This document shows positions 53,742 to 62,127 of a DNA stretch of 64,000 nucleotides, piece after piece. The stretch comes from Chloroflexota bacterium. Lineage in GTDB: Bacteria; Chloroflexota; Chloroflexia; Thermomicrobiales; UBA6265. The DNA is taken from NCBI GenBank assembly GCA_023423795.1, contig JAFAEX010000311.1, positions 18,947 through 82,946 on the forward strand, in the 5' to 3' direction. Positions within the stretch are counted from its first letter, which is position 1. Each line of letters opens with the position of its first letter. Below the pieces are notes generated by a model. The model worked only from the letters and a program-made list of their open reading frames with translations. It was not told the DNA's origin and searched no databases. A program made the translations under genes and the position numbers.

Positions 53742-54800
53742 GTGGTCACGATGGCCGACATCGCCCGCCGCGCCAACGTGTCGGTGTCAACCGTCTCCTA
53801 CGTGCTCAGCGGCAAGCGCCCCATATCCGATGAAACGCGGGAGCGCGTGCTGGCGGCGATGGAGGCCCTCGACTTCCGGCCGAACGCGGCCGGCCGTGCT
53901 CTGGCCTCGGGCCGCGCGGGCGCCGTCGCCCTGCTGTTCCCGGCCCCGGGCAAGGGCGTTTCCGAGATGCAACTCGAGTTCTTCACGTCGGCGGCCGAGG
54001 AGGCCAACCGCCACGGCTACGGGTTCATCCTATCGACCGCGCCGGACGACGACGCCGAGATGGTCCGCCTCGCCACCTCCGGGTTCGTCGATGGCCTGAT
54101 CCTGATGCAGGTCCGGCTCCACGACCGGCGCGTCGATCTCCTGCGCGAGCGCGGCATCCCGTTCGCCCTCATCGGCCACCGGGCCGACAACGACGACATC
54201 GCCTTCGTCGATCTCGACTTCGCCGCCGCCATCGAACTGGCGCTCGACCACCTCGCCGCGCTCGGGCACCGCGATGTCGCCTTCGTCAACTCGCCCGCCG
54301 AGTTGCTCGATGCCGGGTACGGTCCGGCCGTTCGCTCGCTCGACGGGTTCCGCGCCGGCATCGCCCGGCTCGGCCTGCGCGGCCACGCGTTCACCTGCGA
54401 CCCCTCGCCGGAAGCGGGCTACTGCCTGATGGACGAGATCGCCGCGCTGGACCCGCGGGCGACCGCCGTCCTCGCCATCAGTGCCGAGGTTCTGGGTGGG
54501 CTGCTGCGACGGTCGCGCGAACTCGGCGAAAACGTCCCGGCCGACCGCTCGTTCGTCGCGGTCGTCTCCGAACGGGTGGCGCGGCTGTTCTCGCCGCCGC
54601 TGACCACCGTCGATTTTCCGGTCGCGGAGATGGGCCGGATCGGCGCCGAACTGCTGATCCGGCAACTGGAAGGGGGTGATGCGGACGCCGCCCGATCCGG
54701 CGCGGGCAACCAGATCCTGCTGCGTGGCGACCTGCGGGTGCGCCAAAGCAGCGGCCCCGTTCCGGTCACGCTCGCCGGCCCGCCGCCGGGCCGACCCTGA
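53742..54800 (+). CDS. LacI family transcriptional regulator
   Basis: The HTH reads MADIARRANVSVSTVSYVLSGKRPISDETRERV. A periplasmic-binding-fold C-terminal domain follows. Confidence 0.92.
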   Translation: MVTMADIARRANVSVSTVSYVLSGKRPISDETRERVLAAMEALDFRPNAAGRALASGRAGAVALLFPAPGKGVSEMQLEFFTSAAEEANRHGYGFILSTAPDDDAEMVRLATSGFVDGLILMQVRLHDRRVDLLRERGIPFALIGHRADNDDIAFVDLDFAAAIELALDHLAALGHRDVAFVNSPAELLDAGYGPAVRSLDGFRAGIARLGLRGHAFTCDPSPEAGYCLMDEIAALDPRATAVLAISAEVLGGLLRRSRELGENVPADRSFVAVVSERVARLFSPPLTTVDFPVAEMGRIGAELLIRQLEGGDADAARSGAGNQILLRGDLRVRQSSGPVPVTLAGPPPGRP

Positions 54801-54834
54801 CGGCACGCCGCCGTCGCAATCGAGGAGAAGGACG

Positions 54835-56079
54835 ATGCACGAGTCGATGCTGACCCGCCGCTCCATCCTGAAGGGAACCGCTGGGGCCGCCGCCTTCGCC
54901 GCCGTTGGGTCCTCCGCTCGGCCCCGCCGCACCGCCGCCCGCCAGGACGTCACCCTCCACTGGTGGGACTACTACTCCACCGGCGCCAACGCGGCGGCCA
55001 TGGAGGCCCAGCTCCAGCGTTACATGGAATCCCACCCCGGCGTCACCATCGAGCGCACCGCGCTTCCCTTCGCCGACCTCAAGCAGCAACTCTTGCAGGG
55101 CGCCGCCGCCGGCCAGTTGCCGGATATCGTCGTTATCGACAACCCGGACCACCAGGCGTTCGCCGCCCTCGGCGTGCTGGAGGACATCACCGACCGCGTT
55201 GCCGACTGGGGCCAGGCCGACGCGTACTTTGAGGGGCCGTGGGCCTCTACCGTTTGGGAGGGCAAGAACTACGGCATCCCCGACAATTCGAACTGTCTCG
55301 TCCAGTTCGTGAATAGCGATGTGCTCGCCGCCGCGGAGGTGTCGCCGCCCGCGAACTGGGAGGAGCTGACCGCCGCCGCCGCCACGCTGACCGAAGGTGA
55401 CCGCTTCGGCCTCGCCGTCTCTGCGGTCAAGAGCGAGGAGGGCACGTTCCAGTGGCTGCCCTTCCTTTGGGAGACGGGCGAGGACATCCCGACCATCGAC
55501 TCCGAAGGCGGCCAGCGGGCACTCCAGCTCTGGGTCGATCTCGTCAACAACGGCCACATGTCCAAGGGCATCCTCGGCTGGAACCAGCAGGATGTGCTGG
55601 CCCAGTTCCAGAACGGCAAGGCCGCCATCATGGTCAACGGGCCGTGGCAGGTTCCCGTGCTGCTCGACCAGAACCCGGACCTGAACTGGGATGTGGCGAC
55701 GCTGCCGGTGGACAAGCAGGGCGCGTCGATCCTCGGCGGCGAGAACATGGCCATCGTGGCCGGCGGCCCCAACATCGACGCTGCGTGGGACTTGCTGGCC
55801 TGGTCCCAGGAAACCGACAACCTCAAGCTGTACATCCAGGAGGCCGGGAAACTGCCCAGCCGCGCCGACCTCGCCGAAGATCCCTACTGGACCGAGGATC
55901 CCATCTACGGCGTCTTCGTCGAGCAGCTGAAGGTCGCCAAGCCGCGTGCCTACGGCAGCCGGTACCCGGAGATCTCCAACGCGATCCAGGAGGCGATCCA
56001 GGGCGCGGTGTCCGGGCAGGTGTCGGCGGCGGACGCGCTGGCGAAGGCGCAGGCGACGATCACCCCATTGCTGCCGTAG
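54835..56079 (+). CDS. Sugar ABC transporter substrate-binding protein (Tat signal)
   Basis: ATG 54835 is preceded by GAGGAG. The signal reads TRRSILKGTAGAAAFAAVGS. The body has the family-1 extracellular solute-binding pattern. Confidence 0.9.
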   Translation: MHESMLTRRSILKGTAGAAAFAAVGSSARPRRTAARQDVTLHWWDYYSTGANAAAMEAQLQRYMESHPGVTIERTALPFADLKQQLLQGAAAGQLPDIVVIDNPDHQAFAALGVLEDITDRVADWGQADAYFEGPWASTVWEGKNYGIPDNSNCLVQFVNSDVLAAAEVSPPANWEELTAAAATLTEGDRFGLAVSAVKSEEGTFQWLPFLWETGEDIPTIDSEGGQRALQLWVDLVNNGHMSKGILGWNQQDVLAQFQNGKAAIMVNGPWQVPVLLDQNPDLNWDVATLPVDKQGASILGGENMAIVAGGPNIDAAWDLLAWSQETDNLKLYIQEAGKLPSRADLAEDPYWTEDPIYGVFVEQLKVAKPRAYGSRYPEISNAIQEAIQGAVSGQVSAADALAKAQATITPLLP

Positions 56080-56130
56080 CCGCGCCGGGCACCGCTGTTC
56101 ACGGCGCCTGATCGCCACATCATCACTTCG

Positions 56131-56216
56131 CTGTCATCCCGAGCTTGTTGACGGATCTCGTCTCTCTCGACTCCTCGACTCGAAAACGAGATCCCTCGAC
56201 AAGCTCGGGATGACGG
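56131..56216. repeat. Hairpin repeat, GCTCGGGATGAC family (copy 3 of 3) with two CTCGACTC units in its loop
   Basis: Arms CTGTCATCCCGAGCTTGT (56131-56148) and ACAAGCTCGGGATGACGG (56199-56216). The loop carries CTCGACTC twice (56166-56181). It lies between the binding-protein and permease genes. Confidence 0.8.
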
Positions 56217-56308
56217 GAAGGCGATCCAGGCATCACACGCTCACCCCCCGGCTCGGCATAGTCGCGATCTGCCGGACCGGGGTTCCACCACGGCGGGAGG
56301 CCAACCCG

Positions 56309-57259
56309 ATGGCGAGCGCCGCTCCGTCCGCATCCCAACCCGCGCTGGCGCCCATGGCCCGCCGGTCGTCGGCCGCCCGTCGCCGCCGGCTGCTGGCAGA
56401 CTGGGCGTTCCTGCTGCCGGCCGTCCTGTTCATCGCCCTGACCATGCTCTACCCGGTGGCGAGCAACCTCCGGATGAGCCTGTACGACGTGAACGTGATG
56501 ACCTTCCTGCGGGGCGGCGCGCCGTTCGTCGGGCTGGACAATTATCGCATCCTGCTGGGCGACCCCGGATTTCGCCACGCCCTCGGGTTGTCGCTGATCT
56601 TCACGGGCGGGTCGCTGGTCTTCCAGTTCGTCATCGGGTTCGCGCTCGCGATCTTCTTCAACCGCCCGTTTCCGGGAAACGGTCTCCTGCGCGCGTTGAT
56701 GCTGCTGGCGTGGCTGCTGCCGACGGTCGTCTCCGGCAGCCTCTTCCGCTGGATGCTGGACGGCGATTTCGGTGTCATCAACTGGGCGCTCGTCTCGCTG
56801 GGCGTGCTCGAGGATGGCCGCTACTGGCTGATCGACCCCGGTACCGCGCTGGCGGGAACCATTTTCGCCAACGTCTGGGTCGGCATCCCGTTCAACATGG
56901 CCTTGTTGCTCGCCGGATTGCAGGGCATCTCGCCGACGCTCTACGAAGCGGCGGCGGTCGATGGCGCGACCGGCTGGCAGCGGTTCCGCTCGATCACCCT
57001 GCCGCTGATGCGGCCGGTGGCGCTCAGCGTGCTGCTGCTCGGCCTGATCTACACGTTCAAGGTCTTCGACCTGATCTACGTCATGACCAAGGGCGGGCCG
57101 GTGGACGCGACTACCGTGCTTCCGATCTACACCTACCTGCTGACCTTCAACTTCTTCCGGTTCGGCGAAGGGGCCGCGGCGGCGACGGTGCTGCTGCTCG
57201 GCATGGTCGGGGTCGCCGTGCTCTACCTTTGGGCGTCCCGGCGGGAGGATGCGGCATGA
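56309..57259 (+). CDS. Sugar ABC transporter permease (MalF/UgpA-like)
   Basis: ATG 56309 is preceded by GGGAGG. There are six TM segments, and the EAA-loop region reads LYEAAAVDGATGWQRFRSITLP. Confidence 0.9.
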   Translation: MASAAPSASQPALAPMARRSSAARRRRLLADWAFLLPAVLFIALTMLYPVASNLRMSLYDVNVMTFLRGGAPFVGLDNYRILLGDPGFRHALGLSLIFTGGSLVFQFVIGFALAIFFNRPFPGNGLLRALMLLAWLLPTVVSGSLFRWMLDGDFGVINWALVSLGVLEDGRYWLIDPGTALAGTIFANVWVGIPFNMALLLAGLQGISPTLYEAAAVDGATGWQRFRSITLPLMRPVALSVLLLGLIYTFKVFDLIYVMTKGGPVDATTVLPIYTYLLTFNFFRFGEGAAAATVLLLGMVGVAVLYLWASRREDAA

Positions 57260-58101
57260 GCGCTTCCGTCGCGTCCCTGCGCCGGCAGGGGTACGGCTCG
57301 ACGTTGGTCGGCGTGCTGATCGTGCTGGTCTTCCTGTTCCCGGTGTTCTGGATGGTCTCGACGTCGTTCAAGACCCCGGCCGGCATCTTCGCCACGCCGC
57401 CGCAACTGATCCCGTCGCCGTTCACCGCCGCTGCGTACCAGCAGGCCATCTTCGGCGACCCTGCCGTGCTGCGGGCGATGCGGTCAAGTCTCGTGGTGAG
57501 CATCGGCACGATGGCACTGACGCTGGTGCTGGCGGCCCCGGCGGCCTACGCGCTGGCGCGGCTGAAGTTGCCCGGCGGCTCGCTCGTGCTGCTGTTGCTG
57601 CTGATCACCCAACTCCTGCCGAGCATCGTGCTGGCCGGACCGTTGTTCATCGTGTTTTCCCGGATTGGGCTGGTCAATTCCTACCAGGCACTGATCCTCG
57701 CCGACACGACGATCTCGCTACCGTTCGCGGTCATCATCCTGCGGCCGTTCTTCCTGTCGGTGCCGCACGATCTCGAACAGGCGGCGCTGGTGGACGGCGC
57801 GACCCGCTGGGGCGCGTTCCGGCGGATCACGCTGCCGCTGGTGAAGCCTGGGCTGGTGACGGTCGCGGCGTTCGCGTTCCTGTTCGCGTGGGGGGAGTTC
57901 GTCTTCGCCCTGTCGCTCAACAACGACGAGAGCATCCAGCCGGTCACCGTCGCCCTGAACCGGCTCATCGGGCAGTACGGCACGCAATGGAACAGCCTGA
58001 TGGCGATCTCGACGACGGTGGCGGTTCCCATCGTGGCCGTGTTCGCCGGATTGCAGCGCTTCATCATCGGCGGCTTGACCGCCGGGGCGTCCAAGGAATA
58101 G
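57256..58101 (+). CDS. Sugar ABC transporter permease (MalG/UgpE-like)
   Basis: An ATGA overlap joins it to the upstream permease. The EAA loop reads LEQAALVDGATRWGAFRRITLP. Confidence 0.9.
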   Translation: MSASVASLRRQGYGSTLVGVLIVLVFLFPVFWMVSTSFKTPAGIFATPPQLIPSPFTAAAYQQAIFGDPAVLRAMRSSLVVSIGTMALTLVLAAPAAYALARLKLPGGSLVLLLLLITQLLPSIVLAGPLFIVFSRIGLVNSYQALILADTTISLPFAVIILRPFFLSVPHDLEQAALVDGATRWGAFRRITLPLVKPGLVTVAAFAFLFAWGEFVFALSLNNDESIQPVTVALNRLIGQYGTQWNSLMAISTTVAVPIVAVFAGLQRFIIGGLTAGASKE

Positions 58102-58321
58102 GGCGGGAGGCGGAGAATCGAGCTGCGACGATGCCACGAATACGGATCAATTCGAGGTGGGGCCGATGGCGAGCAACGATAGAGCGAGCGGCCGCCGGAA
58201 AGCCCGGTCCCTTTAGGGCCGGGTTCGTTGGGCCGACCGACATCGACGACCCCACCAACCGTCGCTCCTGTGCGCGGTTTTCGTCTCATGCTTCACGTCT
58301 CGCCTGTCGGAGGGAAACCGG

Positions 58322-59326
58322 ATGCAACTCCTGCAAATCGGGCTCGGCGGATTCGGGCGGAGTTGGGCCGAGTTGGCCCGCCGCGCCGAGGGGATCGAAT
58401 ACGTGGGCGCGGTCGATCCCGACCCCGTCGCGCGGGCGTGGGCCGAGTCGGCGCTCGAATTGCCCGACGGAGCGTTGTTCGCCACGTTCGCCGACGCGCT
58501 CGAAAAGGCCGAGTTCGAGGCGGTGCTGCTGGCGACGCCGCCGGCGACGCACCACCCGGTCGCGCTGGCGGCGCTCGGGGCGGGGAAGCACGTCCTCGTC
58601 GAGAAGCCGCTGGCGACCACCCTGCCCGACGCGCAGCACATCGTCGCCGCTGCAGAAGCGGCCGAACGTATCCTGATGGTCAGCCAGAACTACCGCTTCC
58701 GCGCGCCCGCCCGGGCCATGCAGGCGGCGGTGCGCGATGGCGCGATCGGCCGCGTGCTGACGGTCCGGGCCGAGCACCGGCGGGATACGCGGACGCTTTT
58801 CGGCGAAGGCAACTTCCGCTACGACATGGAGCACCCGCTGGTCATCGACATGACCATCCACCACGCCGACCTGCTGCGGATGCTGACCGGGCAGGAGGTG
58901 ACCTCGCTCGACGCGCGCGGCTGGCGCGTGCCCGACAGCCCGTACCGACACGACCCGGCGGTTGCCGCCCTCTTCACGCTCGACGGCGGCGCGAGCGCCC
59001 GCTACGAGGGCAACTGGGCGACCCACGAGGCCGAAACGTCGTGGAACGGCGATTGGGAGATCCTCGGGGAGGAGGGCATCCTGCGCTGGACCGGTGGCGT
59101 AGCCGACCCCCTCGTCGGCGAGGTCACCATCCAGGGCTGGGGCGAATCCTCGCGGCCGCTTCCGCAACCCGCGCTGGCGCACCCCGACCGCGCCGGCACG
59201 CTCCAGGCGTTCCGCCACGCGGTCGCGACCGGCGAGGAACCGGAAACGTCCGGCCGCGACAACCTCGGCAGCCTGGCCATCGTCCTCGCGATGGCCGCCG
59301 CCGTCGATCGCGCCGGCCTGCTCTGA
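58322..59326 (+). CDS. Gfo/Idh/MocA family oxidoreductase
   Basis: The N-terminal Rossmann fold reads LQIGLGGFG, and the motif GKHVLVEKPLA is present. Confidence 0.88.
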   Translation: MQLLQIGLGGFGRSWAELARRAEGIEYVGAVDPDPVARAWAESALELPDGALFATFADALEKAEFEAVLLATPPATHHPVALAALGAGKHVLVEKPLATTLPDAQHIVAAAEAAERILMVSQNYRFRAPARAMQAAVRDGAIGRVLTVRAEHRRDTRTLFGEGNFRYDMEHPLVIDMTIHHADLLRMLTGQEVTSLDARGWRVPDSPYRHDPAVAALFTLDGGASARYEGNWATHEAETSWNGDWEILGEEGILRWTGGVADPLVGEVTIQGWGESSRPLPQPALAHPDRAGTLQAFRHAVATGEEPETSGRDNLGSLAIVLAMAAAVDRAGLL

Positions 59327-59382
59327 GGCGTGAGACGTGAGACGTGACGGAGTGCCGGGAGTCGAGCGCGACAACGTCCCTT

Positions 59383-59414
59383 CTCGACTCCTCGACGTCT
59401 CGACTCCTCGACTC
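59383..59414 (+). repeat. Solo 4x8-bp tandem array CTCGACTC
   Basis: Units are CTCGACTC, CTCGACGT, CTCGACTC, CTCGACTC. It is preceded by an inverted GGAGTCGAG at 59359-59367 and by the tandem GTGAGAC GTGAGAC at about 59328-59341. Confidence 0.85.
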
Positions 59415-59489
59415 GGTTACGATGCCAGCAGGCTCCGATGGCGGGACGGCGGCGCGCCGCCCGCACGACGACCAGGAGGAGGACCCCGG

Positions 59490-60452
59490 ATGAAAGTCGG
59501 CGTGTTCCTGGTGCTCTTTTCCCAGCGCCCGTTCGAGGAGGCGCTGGATTACGTGAAGGCCGCCGGCTGCGAGGCGGTCGAGATCGGCTGCGGCGGCTAC
59601 CCCGGCGGCGCCCACTGCAACCCCGGCGAGTTGCTGGCCGACGACGCGAAATTGAAGGCGTTCCAGCGGGCCATCGAGTCGCGCGGGCTGGAAATCAGCG
59701 CGCTGTCCTGCCACGGCAACCCGCTGCACCCGAACGCCGAGATCGCGAAGGCGCACGACCGCGACTACCGCGACACGGTGCGGCTGGCGCAGAAGATGGG
59801 CGTCAGGAACGTCATCACCTTCTCCGGCTGCCCGGGCGATTCGGACAACGCCAGCAAACCGAACTGGGTGACCTGTCCGTGGCCCACCGATTTCCTCGAA
59901 ATCCTCGACTGGCAGTGGACGGAAAAGGTCGCGCCGTACTGGAGCGAGGCCGCGAAGTTCGCCGGCGACCACGACGTGCGGGTGGCGATCGAGTTGCACC
60001 CCGGTTTCGTGGCCTACCACACCGAGTCGTTCTGGCGGCTGCGCGAGATCGGCGGCGAGGCGATCGGCGTCAACTTCGACCCGTCGCACCTGTTCTGGCA
60101 GGGGATGGACCCGCTGGTCTGCGTCCGCGAACTGGGCGACGCGATCTACCACGTCCACGCGAAGGACACGTGGCTGGACGCGCCGAACATCCGCCGCAAC
60201 GGCGTGCTCGACACCAAGCCGTACACCGAGGAGCAGCAGCGCTCCTGGATCTTCCGCACCGTGGGCTACGGCCACGGGCCGGAGTTCTGGCGCTCGTTCG
60301 TCTCCGAACTGCGCATGGCCGGCTTCGACGGCCCGCTCTCGATCGAGCACGAAGACTCGCTGATGAGCGTCAACGAAGGCTTTACCAAGGCGGTCCAGTT
60401 CCTGAAGGACACGGTCATCACCGAGCAGCCGGGCGCGGCCTGGTGGGTGTGA
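59490..60452 (+). CDS. Sugar phosphate isomerase/epimerase (xylose isomerase-like TIM barrel)
   Basis: ATG 59490 is preceded by AGGAGGAGG. The AP endonuclease 2/xylose-isomerase-like barrel pattern reads EIGCGGYPGGAHC...VAIELHPG...SIEHED. Confidence 0.88.
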   Translation: MKVGVFLVLFSQRPFEEALDYVKAAGCEAVEIGCGGYPGGAHCNPGELLADDAKLKAFQRAIESRGLEISALSCHGNPLHPNAEIAKAHDRDYRDTVRLAQKMGVRNVITFSGCPGDSDNASKPNWVTCPWPTDFLEILDWQWTEKVAPYWSEAAKFAGDHDVRVAIELHPGFVAYHTESFWRLREIGGEAIGVNFDPSHLFWQGMDPLVCVRELGDAIYHVHAKDTWLDAPNIRRNGVLDTKPYTEEQQRSWIFRTVGYGHGPEFWRSFVSELRMAGFDGPLSIEHEDSLMSVNEGFTKAVQFLKDTVITEQPGAAWWV

Positions 60453-60457
60453 CGGCG

Positions 60458-60489
60458 TAGTCGAGGAGTCGGGAAGTCGAGGAGTCGAG
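60458..60489 (-). repeat. 4x8-bp CTCGACTC-type array, inverted orientation, left flank of the four-helix-bundle gene
   Basis: On the plus strand the units read TAGTCGAG, GAGTCGGG, AAGTCGAG, GAGTCGAG. Confidence 0.85.
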
Positions 60490-60511
60490 AAGAAGCACGG
60501 CGAGGTGCGGT

Positions 60512-60871
60512 GTGGCGAGGGTGGGGAGGTTCGAGGATCTGATCGCGTGGCAGCGCGCGGTCGATTTGTCGGAGGCCGTCTACCGCCACACGATGAAATG
60601 GCCGCGTGAGGAGATGTTCGGGCTGACAAACCAGGTCCGGCGGGCATCGACCTCGATCTCGTCGAACATCGCCGAGGGCCAGGGCCGCCCGGGGGTGCAG
60701 GAACTTCGCCGGTTCCTCCGGATCGCCCACGGTTCACTGTGCGAAGTGCAGAGTCAACTCATGGTCGGCCAGCGTCTTGGCTTCTCGACTCCCGCCGACA
60801 CCAGACGGATTCTCGACCAAACCGAAGAACTCGGCCGCATCATCCGCGGCTTCATCAACAGCCTCGACTGA
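60512..60871 (+). CDS. Four-helix-bundle protein (23S rRNA intervening-sequence protein family, PF05635/TIGR02436-like)
   Basis: Family pattern: FEDLIAWQRAVDLSEAVYRHTMKWPREEMFGLTNQVRRASTSISSNIAEGQGR...FLRIAHGSLCEVQSQL. Confidence 0.88.
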   Translation: MARVGRFEDLIAWQRAVDLSEAVYRHTMKWPREEMFGLTNQVRRASTSISSNIAEGQGRPGVQELRRFLRIAHGSLCEVQSQLMVGQRLGFSTPADTRRILDQTEELGRIIRGFINSLD

Positions 60872-60877
60872 CTCCTC

Positions 60878-60909
60878 CTCGACTTCTCGACTTCTCGACT
60901 CCTCGACTC
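60878..60909 (+). repeat. 4x8-bp CTCGACTY array, right flank of the four-helix-bundle gene
   Basis: Units are CTCGACTT, CTCGACTT, CTCGACTC, CTCGACTC. The array starts 7 nt after the gene stop. Confidence 0.85.
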
Positions 60910-60924
60910 GTCTGGAGGACACGC

Positions 60925-62091
60925 ATGGCATCCGAAATCGGCGTCGGCCTCGTTGGCTACAAGTTCATGGGACGGACGCATTCCAACGCCTACCGGCAGG
61001 TTTCGCACTTCTTCGATGTGGACCCGAAGCCGCGGATGGTGGCCATCTGCGGGCGAAACGAGGAGGCGGTGAAGGAGGCCGCCGAGTCGCTCGGGTGGGA
61101 GGGGTACGAGACCGACTACAACGCCCTGATCGCCCGCGACGACATCGGGCTGATCGACGTCTCCACGCCCGGCGACACGCACAAGGACGTGGTGCTGGCG
61201 GCGCTCGCCGCCGGCAAGCACGTCCTGTGCGAGAAGCCGCTGGCCAACTCGTTGGCCGACGCGCGGGAGATGATGGATGCCGCGGCGCAGGCCGGCGTCG
61301 TGGCGATGGTGAACTTCAACTACCGCCGCGTCCCGGCCGTCCAGCTTGCCAAGCGGATCATCGACGAGGGGCGCATCGGCGAGATCCGGCACTGGCGGGG
61401 CGTCTACCTGCAGGACTGGATCAACGACCCGAACTTCCCGCTGGTCTGGCGGATGCGCAAGGAGATCGCCGGGTCCGGCGCGCTCGGCGACATCGCCGCC
61501 CACAGCGTTGACCTCGCGCGGTTCCTCGTCGGCGACATCACCGAGGTCGTCGGCACGATGGACACCTTCATCAAGCAGCGGCCGATCGAGGAGTTCAGCA
61601 TGGGCGGCGCCGGGCTCTCGGCCGCCGCCGGCGAGCAAATGGGGGAGGTGACCGTCGATGACGCGACGACCTTCCTCGCCCGCTTCGCCAGCGGGGCGAC
61701 CGGCACCTTCGAGGCGACCCGCCTCGCACCCGGTCGCCGCAACCGCAACTCGTTCGAGATCAGTGGCTCAACGGGCAGCATCTCGTTCGACCTCGAACGG
61801 ATGAACGAGCTCCAGGTCTACTTCACCGACGACCCGGCCGGGCTGCAGGGATTCCGCACGATCAACGTCACCGACGCGGACCATCCGTACGTGTCGGCGT
61901 GGTGGCCGGCGGGCCACATTATCGGCTACGAGCACACCTTCGTTCACGCCGTGAAGGACCTGCTCGACGGCATCCGCGCCGGGACCACCCCGGCCCCGAC
62001 CTTTGAGGACGGCTTCCGTTGCCAGGCCGTCCTCGACGCGGTGGAGCAGAGCGTGGCCAACCACGCCTGGGCCACGGTGGAGCAGGCGTAG
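60925..62091 (+). CDS. Gfo/Idh/MocA family oxidoreductase
   Basis: ATG 60925 is preceded by GGAGGA. Motifs are GVGLVGYKFMGRTH and GKHVLCEKPLA. Confidence 0.9.
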   Translation: MASEIGVGLVGYKFMGRTHSNAYRQVSHFFDVDPKPRMVAICGRNEEAVKEAAESLGWEGYETDYNALIARDDIGLIDVSTPGDTHKDVVLAALAAGKHVLCEKPLANSLADAREMMDAAAQAGVVAMVNFNYRRVPAVQLAKRIIDEGRIGEIRHWRGVYLQDWINDPNFPLVWRMRKEIAGSGALGDIAAHSVDLARFLVGDITEVVGTMDTFIKQRPIEEFSMGGAGLSAAAGEQMGEVTVDDATTFLARFASGATGTFEATRLAPGRRNRNSFEISGSTGSISFDLERMNELQVYFTDDPAGLQGFRTINVTDADHPYVSAWWPAGHIIGYEHTFVHAVKDLLDGIRAGTTPAPTFEDGFRCQAVLDAVEQSVANHAWATVEQA

Positions 62092-62127
62092 CGTCCAACC
62101 TTCGAGCGAACCGCAGGCCGCGGGCGA

